This document shows positions 54,232 through 64,000 of a stretch of 64,000 bases of DNA, piece by piece (position 1 is the stretch's first letter; each line of letters begins with the position of its first letter). The notes below the pieces were generated by a model, which saw only the letters and a list, made by a program, of their open reading frames with translations, ran no database searches and was not told the origin of the DNA. The stretch spans positions 6,193,186 through 6,257,185 of the forward strand of contig OZ252030.1 of assembly GCA_965247305.1 (NCBI GenBank), in the 5' to 3' direction. The translations under genes were made by a program, and so were the position numbers. This DNA is from Bryobacterales bacterium (GTDB lineage: Bacteria; Acidobacteriota; Terriglobia; Bryobacterales; UBA6623).

Positions 54232-55548
54232 GTGGTTCGACTTCTGCTCACCGTTTTCGCGCCGCTTCTACTCCTCGGCCAAGATTCGCTGCTCATCGAG
54301 CATGCTCTCTTGATCGACGGGACGGGCTCTCCGCCACGCCATGACGTCTCGATTCTGATCGAAGACGGGCGGATCGCTGCCGTGGGAAAGGCAGACTCGA
54401 TTCGGCCCCCATCGGGTGCCGACACGATCGACGCATCCGGCAAGACCGTCATTCCAGGGATGATCAACCTCCGCGGACACGTCGGAATAACGTCGGGACT
54501 TACTCAAGCGGGCGAGAACTACACAGAGGAAAACGTTCTTCGCCAACTCGGTCTCTACGCATCATTCGGTGTGACGACAACAACCAGCCTCGGTGCCGAC
54601 TCCGATGTCATCATCAAGGTTCGAGATGAGATTGACCGCGGAAACATCCGCCATGCCTCTCGAGTTCTGACTGCACTTCGAGGCTTCACGTCGCGGGGCG
54701 GATTTCCAAGCCAAGTCGGCGGGTTCGCGGCCTTTGTTCACCAAGTCGACTCGACAAGCGAGGCGAAACGGCACGTCGACCGAACGGCGCAGGCCGGAGC
54801 GAATATTGTCCATCTGTGGATGGATCATCGTGATGAGAGCGTGCAGGGCCCCGCCCCGAAAGTGTATCGGAAGATGATTCGCCGTGCGAAGAAGCATCGG
54901 CTGATTGTCAGCGCTCAAGCACCATACCTGGCTGATGCGAAACAGCTCGTCCGCGCTGGCGCGGACATCTTGGCGCAGAGCATCACAGACAGCACGGTCG
55001 ACCGCGAGTTTGTAGAACTGCTGCGAACGAAAGACGTCAGCTATGTCCCAGCGCTTGTCGCCGAGCAGGTGACGTTCGAATACGCTGATCGGGCTGAATG
55101 GATCGATGACAACTTCTTCAGACGATCGATTCCGAGCGGCATCGCTCCGGTGCTCAATGGTGAGGTGCTGATGCGTCAAGCTCTTGACCCTGATCGCTCG
55201 CGACGAATCTACGCGTTCGCTCAAGCGAAGCGGAATCTCAAGACACTTGCCGATGCCGGAGTTCGCATCGGACTTGGCAGCGGGTCGGGCTTGGCGGGCC
55301 GTTTCGAAGGCTACTTCGAGCACCGCGAGGCGCAGCTGATGTCCGAGGCCGGCCTCAAGCCGCTGCAAGTGGTCACAGCTTTCTCGAGCAACGCCGCGAT
55401 CGCTTTAGGTATCGAGACCGACCGCGGTAGCGTTGTCGCCGGAAGGCGTGCCGATCTGGTCATATTGAATGCCAGTCCAGTTGAAGATATCAGAAATTTG
55501 CGCGAGATCCACGCAGTGCTAGTTGGCGGCAAGCTGGCTCGCTTGTAG
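54232..55548 (+). CDS. Amidohydrolase-family protein (secreted), atypical first metal motif
   Basis: Signal-like N-terminus, LLIDGTG...IEDGRIAAVG...GKTVIPGMINLRGHVG, and C-terminal GSVVAGRRADLVIL. The expected HxH reads RGH. GTG start. Confidence 0.8.
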   Translation: MVRLLLTVFAPLLLLGQDSLLIEHALLIDGTGSPPRHDVSILIEDGRIAAVGKADSIRPPSGADTIDASGKTVIPGMINLRGHVGITSGLTQAGENYTEENVLRQLGLYASFGVTTTTSLGADSDVIIKVRDEIDRGNIRHASRVLTALRGFTSRGGFPSQVGGFAAFVHQVDSTSEAKRHVDRTAQAGANIVHLWMDHRDESVQGPAPKVYRKMIRRAKKHRLIVSAQAPYLADAKQLVRAGADILAQSITDSTVDREFVELLRTKDVSYVPALVAEQVTFEYADRAEWIDDNFFRRSIPSGIAPVLNGEVLMRQALDPDRSRRIYAFAQAKRNLKTLADAGVRIGLGSGSGLAGRFEGYFEHREAQLMSEAGLKPLQVVTAFSSNAAIALGIETDRGSVVAGRRADLVILNASPVEDIRNLREIHAVLVGGKLARL

Positions 55549-55553
55549 TCAGC

Positions 55554-55772
55554 TTAGCCCGGCCACCGCGCGCCTTGATTAGGCAGATCATTCAAGGGAG
55601 AGACTTGAGATACCAGCGAGGCGACGTTGCGCTTCGCGGTACCGAGCCGCGCCGCCGTGCGGTGCGTTGCACACGTCGCGGAAAGGACCGCACCGCGAGG
55701 CGGCGCGGCTCGGTACCGCGAACGGTTTCGTCCAACAAGGAGCTTGGCGGGACGCTTGAAAAACCAAGTCTA
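55554..55772 (+). repeat. Long-hairpin intergenic repeat, copy C
   Basis: 219 bp, collinear with copy A. Perfect 24-bp stem: 55633-55656 (ttcgcggtaccgagccgcgccgcc) pairs with 55699-55722. Confidence 0.85.
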
Positions 55773-55836
55773 AGGACAGCCCGCGCCGATCGCGAGCTTT
55801 CGCCGTCAGCTAGTCAGTAGTGCGGGCAAGCCGAAA

Positions 55837-57024
55837 CTATGCGCGGCTGCGTCCGAAGTGCCGTGTCGCAAGATCCTCGAGTTGCTCGGTCAGCGCGGTC
55901 TTCCAGGCTGCCGGTTGCTCTCGATCAGCCGGAATCGAACCGCCGCCAAGGCCGGCTGCTAAGTCGCGGTACGCACGCGCCAAAGAACCTCTACCAGTAA
56001 TGACGCCAGAGAGGTTCCCGCCGTACTTTAGCCTTGGCATTGCCGGAAGCAGCATTTCGATTCGCCGGTGCAAGAGCGCTTCCATTTCGCTCTGGCCGAG
56101 GTCGGATTTTTCGCCGTCGGCCACCACCATAGTGAGCGCTTCGTCGCCCGTGGCACGCCCTTCCCACTCACTGATCCGTCGCCGAGCCATGGCTAGCGAT
56201 ATCGCGTCCGGGCGCGCCACGACGCAGATACGGTCGGCGTGTTTCGCAACGTCCATAAAGTCGTCGGGGACGACTACCGGCAGGTCGACAACGACACGGT
56301 CGTATGTCCGCAGCGAGAACGATAGCAGGCGTTGAAAATCCCAGGCCGAAAATATGCTGCGTTCAGGCAGCGTCGGGCTTAGCAGCCAATCTAAGCTGTG
56401 GGCCGATGTCACCTCCGGCTGCCACGACGACGAACCCATGGCGTGCGACCTCTCGAGGTTCTCCGCTAGCGTCGAGACGGGCTCGACATCCGCAAGCCAG
56501 CGCACGGGGCCCGAGTGTAGATCGGCTTCGATGAACAAGACGCGCTTCCCGTAGTCGTGTACCAGGGACCACGCAGTGTTGAGCGCTGTGAACGTTGCGC
56601 CGGCGCCGCCGCTCGCCGGTTGAAAGCAGAGCAATTGGCTGTCGCGAGTCTGATCGGCTTGCAGCGCGCGCCGAGACGCTACCACGACCGCCTGTTCGGT
56701 AAAGGGGGCGGTGAGTACCTCGTCGATACCGGCATCGCTCGCAGTCTGGCGCAAACGCGGGCTGATGGCGTCGGCAAAGCCGATTACGCAAGTTTTACTT
56801 GAAACGCCACGAAGTTCCGGAACAATCGAGAGCGTGTCGCCGGCCGCGTCTATTTCGAGAAAGACGATGTGTGGCCGATAGGCGCTGAGCACCTTGACGA
56901 TTTCGTGCAGCGTCGGTGGAAGCGGACTCGATCGCTGGATAATCAAATCCTCGATCGCGACGCACTCCTGGTAGAAGCTGTCGAGGACTGCGTCGTTCGA
57001 GCCAAAAATTACCGTGTCCAACAT
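55837..57024 (-). CDS. TadZ/CpaE-like protein (receiver-like N-domain plus MinD/ParA-fold domain with degenerate Walker A)
   Basis: N-terminal flavodoxin-like region of about 120 aa, then a ParA/MinD-like domain: ASGGAGATFTALN in place of KGGxGKT, VLFIEADL, YDRVVVDLP. No other tad/cpa pilus genes are in the window. Confidence 0.65.
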   Translation of the reverse strand: MLDTVIFGSNDAVLDSFYQECVAIEDLIIQRSSPLPPTLHEIVKVLSAYRPHIVFLEIDAAGDTLSIVPELRGVSSKTCVIGFADAISPRLRQTASDAGIDEVLTAPFTEQAVVVASRRALQADQTRDSQLLCFQPASGGAGATFTALNTAWSLVHDYGKRVLFIEADLHSGPVRWLADVEPVSTLAENLERSHAMGSSSWQPEVTSAHSLDWLLSPTLPERSIFSAWDFQRLLSFSLRTYDRVVVDLPVVVPDDFMDVAKHADRICVVARPDAISLAMARRRISEWEGRATGDEALTMVVADGEKSDLGQSEMEALLHRRIEMLLPAMPRLKYGGNLSGVITGRGSLARAYRDLAAGLGGGSIPADREQPAAWKTALTEQLEDLATRHFGRSRA

Positions 57025-57129
57025 TCGTGACGGTCGCCGCTTCCGGGCATACTACGGGCTGTTACGCTCTGACTATTTCTTATAGACCGAAAGTCCGGGT
57101 ACTGCCACTAGGGCTTTCACTGTGCACTT

Positions 57130-57378
57130 TTAAGACATAGGGCGAACCCGCATTTCGCCGGTCCAGCGCAGGTAGCGAACGAGTCGTCGGCGCTCGGCCC
57201 ACAAAAACCGCCAAAAACTGTGAGGGGTGATCGTCTCGGCCTTGATGCCGGAGTAGGTTTCAATCCGCCAACGCAAGTAGGGGCTGCGCCACGGCCGCAG
57301 GCGATGACCGCGCCCGGCTTGCCACATAAACCTGAAAATTTCGAAAAGTACTCTGGCCGCAATCAATCTCCCGGACAT
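57130..57378 (-). CDS. Small Trp/Arg-rich hypothetical protein (82 aa)
   Basis: Its ATG overlaps the TGA of the upstream vWA gene (TGATG on the reverse strand at 57380-57376). Composition is 6 Trp and 17 Arg in 82 residues, with repeated LRW/FWR/PWR units. Confidence 0.4.
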   Translation of the reverse strand: MSGRLIAARVLFEIFRFMWQAGRGHRLRPWRSPYLRWRIETYSGIKAETITPHSFWRFLWAERRRLVRYLRWTGEMRVRPMS

Positions 57379-58355
57379 CAGTTGGCGTAATATCCAGGCC
57401 GGTGGCGCACCTTGTAGCGCTTGGCCTTGCCCTTGAGCTCGATTTTGATGCGGCGGTAACCAGGCGGCTTGCCTTGCGGTCGGTTGTACTCAACGATGTA
57501 CTGGTTTCGAATATCCGCCGCGATGCGTTTGACTAGCGCATCGACCTCGTCAACGCTTTGTGGAAAGTATGACGGCCCGCCGGTGGCCCTTGTGATCGTT
57601 CGAATGTGCCGCTCGGCGCGCTTGGCGGAGCGGCGTTCTTCGTCTGTAAGCAACCCAATTCCGTAGATGATCGCATCGGATTCTTGCAGCTTCCGAACGA
57701 GTGATTCGAGGTCGGTATTGCTGGCGTTGTCTTCGCCATCGGAAATGATCAACAGCGCCCGCTTGTTGATATCGGTCTTGCCCTTTTCGGCGAGGTGGTC
57801 GAGTGACATGCTCACGGCGTCGTAGAGCGCCGTTCCACCGCGGGAATCGATACGCTGTAACGCGTCCTGCAACCGTAAGACATCGCTGGTGAAATCTTGA
57901 TCGAGATATGCCTCGTCGTTGAAATTGACGATGAAAACCTCGTCGTCTGGGTTTGAGGCTTTCACGAACTCAAGTGCAGCCGTATTCACCTGGCGGCGCT
58001 TGTCGCGCATGCTGCCGGAATTGTCAATCAGAATGCCGATCGAAACCGGCACGTCCTCTTGCGCGAAATATGTCAGTGGCACCTCAGCGGCGTCTTCCGT
58101 AACGCGAAATACGTCTTGAGTCAGGTCTGTAATGAAGCGGTCTTCGCGGTCGACAACCGTCGTATGGAGTATGACCCTTTGAGTTTCGACGCAGAATGTT
58201 ACACCCGGCTCGCAGCCGGGTGGTTTTTGAGCGACGGTCTCGGAGCCCGTGCTGCTCGGTTTACCCGTCGCTTGACCCCAGACCACCGCGCATGCGATCA
58301 GGCACACAGCGACAAGCTGGACGATTCGCGCACCCCTATTCATCGATATAACCAT
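57378..58355 (-). CDS. Secreted von Willebrand factor A domain protein (acidobacterial VWFA-related type)
   Basis: Signal peptide, FRVTEDAAEVPLTYF, MIDAS IGILIDNSGSM, GGTALYDA and ISDGEDN. C-terminal RPGYYAN. Confidence 0.85.
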   Translation of the reverse strand: MVISMNRGARIVQLVAVCLIACAVVWGQATGKPSSTGSETVAQKPPGCEPGVTFCVETQRVILHTTVVDREDRFITDLTQDVFRVTEDAAEVPLTYFAQEDVPVSIGILIDNSGSMRDKRRQVNTAALEFVKASNPDDEVFIVNFNDEAYLDQDFTSDVLRLQDALQRIDSRGGTALYDAVSMSLDHLAEKGKTDINKRALLIISDGEDNASNTDLESLVRKLQESDAIIYGIGLLTDEERRSAKRAERHIRTITRATGGPSYFPQSVDEVDALVKRIAADIRNQYIVEYNRPQGKPPGYRRIKIELKGKAKRYKVRHRPGYYAN

Positions 58356-58400
58356 TGGTGAGCTGCTGTTGGAAGACGTGAGCGTCGCTAAACGCGCGAG

Positions 58401-59414
58401 CTAACGTGCCGGGGCGTAATAGCCGTTTCGGTAGTAGGGTCGCAACTCGGGCATGCCTCGAATCTTCTTCACTTCGACCTTTAGCCGCCGCCATTTGCCG
58501 TCCTTTGCATTGTTGGTTGGGACGTAACCCAAAACATACTGGTTCCTAAGTTCGATCCCGATCTTCTCGGCGATATCCGGCAACTCGTTTACGTTTTGAA
58601 CGGCGAACTGTCGACCGCCAGTTGACTCGGCGATTTCCGTCAAAAGGCCCGGCCCCGAAGCTTCCTCCGGCGTCCGTCCGCGGCTCGAAAATGGCTCATA
58701 GATTCCGATCGCGTAAATCTGAACGTCCGACTCCCTAACGAGCCGCTTGATTTCGCGGGGAGTATAGCGGCTTGAGTTGTCGCCGCCATCGGAGATCACC
58801 AGTACCGCCTTTTGGGTATTCTTGGCATCTTTCATTTGGTTCAGCGCCAGGTAGATCGCGTCGAGAAGCGCCGTCCTACCCTTCGACTGTACGAAGGTCA
58901 GGCGATTCTGAATCTCTTCGAGGCTCTTGGTGAACCCGGTGACCATTTCTGGGCGGCTATTAAACTGCACCAGGAAGAACTCGTCTTCGGGATTGGCGGT
59001 CTTGAAGAACTGCGCAACGGCTTCGCGGGCTTTACTCATCTTGTAGCCCATACTGCCCGACGCGTCGAAAACCACCGCCAACGAGAGAGCAGTATCTTCG
59101 GCGCCGAAGTGAACGACCTCTTGCTGCTTCTTGTCCTCCATGACTTCGAAGTGGTCTTTGTCGAGGCCCGTCACCATGCGGCCCATCGGATCGGTCACCG
59201 TGACATTTACCAGAGCCAGATCAACGTCAACCTTAATGATTTCGCGGCGGCTCATGCCCGGTTCGGACGAAGTCTCCATCGGACGTGTCTTGAGGCTAAC
59301 CTCGGCGTCAGCCGCGAATGTCGTCGGTGCAACCGACAGAGGAACCCCGATCACGAGCAGCGCCGTAAGTAGCATCCAGGGCATCCAAGTTATACGGCGT
59401 CTACAAGCCTTCAC
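58401..59414 (-). CDS. Secreted von Willebrand factor A domain protein (acidobacterial VWFA-related type), paralogue
   Basis: Signal peptide, FEVMEDKKQQEVVHF, MIDAS AVVFDASGSM, GRTALLDA and ISDGGDN. C-terminal RNGYYAPAR. Confidence 0.85.
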   Translation of the reverse strand: MKACRRRITWMPWMLLTALLVIGVPLSVAPTTFAADAEVSLKTRPMETSSEPGMSRREIIKVDVDLALVNVTVTDPMGRMVTGLDKDHFEVMEDKKQQEVVHFGAEDTALSLAVVFDASGSMGYKMSKAREAVAQFFKTANPEDEFFLVQFNSRPEMVTGFTKSLEEIQNRLTFVQSKGRTALLDAIYLALNQMKDAKNTQKAVLVISDGGDNSSRYTPREIKRLVRESDVQIYAIGIYEPFSSRGRTPEEASGPGLLTEIAESTGGRQFAVQNVNELPDIAEKIGIELRNQYVLGYVPTNNAKDGKWRRLKVEVKKIRGMPELRPYYRNGYYAPAR

Positions 59415-59569
59415 TGGATACCCCTTTCCGCCCGCATAGTGCGAGGCTGAAGAATTCGCTCGTCGAGTCGAGTGTGCCTACAGCATAGCACCAGGGTGCA
59501 AGTTTCGTGCTGTGATAACCTTAGTTGTGCCGTAGGATGAAAGTCCTTTTCGGTACATCCAAAAACTAG

Positions 59570-61453
<1,884 letters not shown>

Positions 61454-61724
61454 CAGCCCGTGGTAAGTGTCCCGTGGGTCGCGCGGCAGGCAATTGGGGC
61501 CGCTCAGCGCGGAGTGAGGAGGACGGCGATCCGGGTGATCGTCTCCGACGAATGACAAAGCCGACGGTCGCAAGTGCCTGCCGCCCAACGGGTTAGGCGG
61601 CCCAACGGCCTTTAGGTAAATAGACATGATAGACACAATGATGCTAGGCACAAATGCTCAATCCAATCCACAGGCGCCTAACGCGGCCCGCGTGACTTTT
61701 ACCACGGGCTGCTAGGAAATACGC

Positions 61725-62723
61725 ATGCTGAGATTTGGACTCTTCGGCGCCGGCCGTATCGGCCGCATGCACGCCAGAAATCTCGCCGGCGACCCGCGTG
61801 CCGAGCTGGTATCTATTTACGACGTGATCGGACAGGTGGCAAGTGAAGTCGCCGCGGAAACCGCAGCCAGCGCTGTTGACTCTGTCGAGGCGATTCTCGA
61901 CGATCCGTCGATTGACGCCGTGTTCATCGCCTCGGCGACGGACACCCATTGCGATCTTATTGAACAATCGGTGCGAGCAGGCAAGGCGGTACTTTGCGAA
62001 AAGCCGATTCATCTCGACATCAATCGGGTAAACGCCTGCCGCGACGCAATCGCGGGCAGCGCCGTCGCTGTCCAAATCGGTTTCAACCGCCGTTTCGACC
62101 CAGGCCACTGTGCGCTGCAACAGGCGGTTCGGGCGGGCGAAATCGGCGTACTCGAAAAGCTTGTGATTACAAGTCGCGATCCGGCGCCGCCCGGGCTCGA
62201 CTACATCCGCGGATCGGGCGGGCTATTCCGCGACATGATGATCCATGATTTCGACCTTTCGCGGTTTATTTTTGGTGAGGAACCGGTTGAGGTTTCAGCC
62301 ATGGGCAGCGTCTTGGTCGATCAGCAAATCGGAGAGGCCGGCGACATCGATACGGCTATGGTGACGATGCGCACGGCCTCGGGTGCCCTGTGCAACATCA
62401 ATTGCTCGCGGCGCTGCTGCTATGGCTACGACCAGAGAGTCGAAGCTTTCGGCTCGAAGGGCATGCTGATTTCGGCCAACCCGACGCCCACCAATGTCGA
62501 GCGCTGGGGTAAGACCGCGACTGCGGCACGGCCGCCATTACACCACTTTTTCATCGAGCGTTACAGCGACTCGTACTATGCCGAAGTGGCTGCCTTTATC
62601 GATGCCGTGGAACAAGGCCGGCAGCCCTCGCCCACATTCGAAGACGGTCGCCGAGCGCTCATGCTGGCCGACGCGGCGAGCGAATCGAACAAGACCGGCC
62701 GAAGCATCCAGATCAAATCGTAA
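61725..62723 (+). CDS. Gfo/Idh/MocA-family oxidoreductase (inositol 2-dehydrogenase-like)
   Basis: FGLFGAGRIGRMHARNL Rossmann motif, the VLCEKP motif, and a C-terminal alpha/beta domain. Confidence 0.88.
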   Translation: MLRFGLFGAGRIGRMHARNLAGDPRAELVSIYDVIGQVASEVAAETAASAVDSVEAILDDPSIDAVFIASATDTHCDLIEQSVRAGKAVLCEKPIHLDINRVNACRDAIAGSAVAVQIGFNRRFDPGHCALQQAVRAGEIGVLEKLVITSRDPAPPGLDYIRGSGGLFRDMMIHDFDLSRFIFGEEPVEVSAMGSVLVDQQIGEAGDIDTAMVTMRTASGALCNINCSRRCCYGYDQRVEAFGSKGMLISANPTPTNVERWGKTATAARPPLHHFFIERYSDSYYAEVAAFIDAVEQGRQPSPTFEDGRRALMLADAASESNKTGRSIQIKS

Positions 62724-62920
62724 GAGCCGCGGCGGCCGTGCTCTCGCGGCGAATAAGACCGCGGCGTTTCGTATCAAGCCCCGATCGTAAACCAATCGCG
62801 TTGAATCGCGGACTGTCACCTGGAACGCAACCCAAACGCTGTCAATCATCCGTTCCCGGCCCGGCTGTTATCGGACACGAGTCTGCGGCAGAAACCCAAT
62901 AAGTCGACGCCCACGCACAG

Positions 62921-63964
62921 CTACTGAAACAACAGGGTGTGCGGAATGATCTTCATGTCCATCTCGCCGCACGGCCCACATTCCATCTGGTAAGCGTCGT
63001 TGGCAGCGGTCACGATCGTCGGGATGTTCAGTTGATCGGACTCAAGATGGTACGACGCTACGGCCAGCCGAGGGGAATGCTTCGCAAGAGTGTGGGTCGC
63101 GCCTTTGAGTGCATTCTGCTCGGCGCCTTCGATGTCCATCTTAATGAAGTCCACGCGATCGAGGTTGAGGTCGACCATTAGCTCATCAATCGTCGTCAAT
63201 GCTACGTTGATGAGACCCTCTCTCACTACGTTGCTTTCTGGGTCGCTCGCGGCTGTACTAACCCCCGGAACCGCGACTTGTTCGTCACCGCCGTGATCGA
63301 TGCCGTCCGAGCCATGACCATGGCTGTGGGCGTCGCCTCCGCTTGCCAAGACGCTGCTGCCGGCGGAATTGCCCGGGTCCACATAAAACGGCAACACACC
63401 CTCTTCGTGCCATACGCCCTTGGGGTAGACGATCACTCTGCCGGTTTCGATCTCATCCCTGAGATTCAACTCCAACGCCAGACGATTGATCGGGGAAGGC
63501 TCTACAGAAACAACCAGACTTGCGCCGGCGTCGAGCGCTGAACGGGTAAATGCCCCTACGTGACCTCCACAATCAATGACGATATCGCCTTCTTGTACAC
63601 CCGTCCGTCCGGCACCGTAGATGTGATGGTCTTGCTCCGCGAGCACCGACGCCAACGTTCGTTTTTGCCCTTCCGGCATCCAAAACTCGCCCCGCGGAGT
63701 TGCGTAGCGGACTAGTCCGTTGCTGTCTTGATCGATGTGTTCCATCTGTTCCATAATCTCGTCCATGCGGCTTACGTGGTCGCTAATCATTGTGTGCGAT
63801 CTGACCGCTAGGTCGTAGGGGCAAACTGCGCTCGCGCCAAACGCGTAGAGCAATGGCAGCCGAACCGCTGGAATGAATCGAAATCCAGCTAGTAGCAGGC
63901 CTACAGCCAGAACAGACAAACTAATTACATCGAGCAGGGGGGTGCGGCGTGGTCGTGTAGACAT
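62921..63964 (-). CDS. FkbM-family SAM-dependent methyltransferase with N-terminal TM anchor
   Basis: DIVIDCGGHVGAFT (SAM loop) and VDFIKMDIEGAEQNAL (FkbM hallmark). N-terminal TM helix LLDVISLSVLAVGLLLAGF. Contains a His/Gly/Asp-rich insert. Confidence 0.85.
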   Translation of the reverse strand: MSTRPRRTPLLDVISLSVLAVGLLLAGFRFIPAVRLPLLYAFGASAVCPYDLAVRSHTMISDHVSRMDEIMEQMEHIDQDSNGLVRYATPRGEFWMPEGQKRTLASVLAEQDHHIYGAGRTGVQEGDIVIDCGGHVGAFTRSALDAGASLVVSVEPSPINRLALELNLRDEIETGRVIVYPKGVWHEEGVLPFYVDPGNSAGSSVLASGGDAHSHGHGSDGIDHGGDEQVAVPGVSTAASDPESNVVREGLINVALTTIDELMVDLNLDRVDFIKMDIEGAEQNALKGATHTLAKHSPRLAVASYHLESDQLNIPTIVTAANDAYQMECGPCGEMDMKIIPHTLLFQ

Positions 63965-64000
63965 TGTTTTCTCTTGAGCGCTAATCGCGCTAAGACCAAT

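Overview
GC-rich bacterial chromosomal segment. Gene content suggests Acidobacteriota: paired secreted vWA proteins ending in GYYA, a Ser/Thr kinase fused to TPR repeats, and a DUF7948-like secreted protein. That assignment is an inference, not a database result. Coding density is high and most of the window is core housekeeping. Bases 801-17441 hold a complete dcw division/cell-wall cluster (mraZ-rsmH-ftsL-ftsI-murE-murF-mraY-murD-ftsW-murG-murC-ftsQ-ftsA-ftsZ). Beyond it lie a sulfatase, an M48 protease, an enolase-superfamily enzyme, an OmpR-type regulator with a CHASE8-like hybrid histidine kinase, a four-gene heptose-type sugar-phosphate cluster, purQ-purL-purF, a heterodimeric ABC exporter, tsaC, lpxB, a dihaem cytochrome c peroxidase, a Ser/Thr kinase, two vWA proteins, a TadZ/CpaE-like protein, pyrG, and others. 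I recognised no rRNA, tRNA, CRISPR array, transposase, integrase or known defence system. The most unusual content is non-coding. (i) A roughly 180-220 bp long-hairpin repeat occurs three times (25.3, 51.2 and 55.6 kb), and one base pair of its stem shows a compensatory substitution between copies. (ii) A REPIN-like double palindrome occurs twice (20.1 and 48.2 kb). (iii) A nested palindrome at 28.2-28.4 kb has perfect 37-bp arms. (iv) Six phased 10-bp repeats lie upstream of mraZ. Coding oddities: an in-frame TAG separates the histidine kinase from its predicted start codon and first transmembrane helix; an M1-peptidase homologue has every catalytic and zinc residue replaced; a TadZ-like protein lacks both Walker A lysines; a deoxyhypusine-synthase-like ORF sits inside the heptose cluster; and a 496-aa membrane protein has no recognisable family. 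All calls come from reading motifs by eye. No searches were run.
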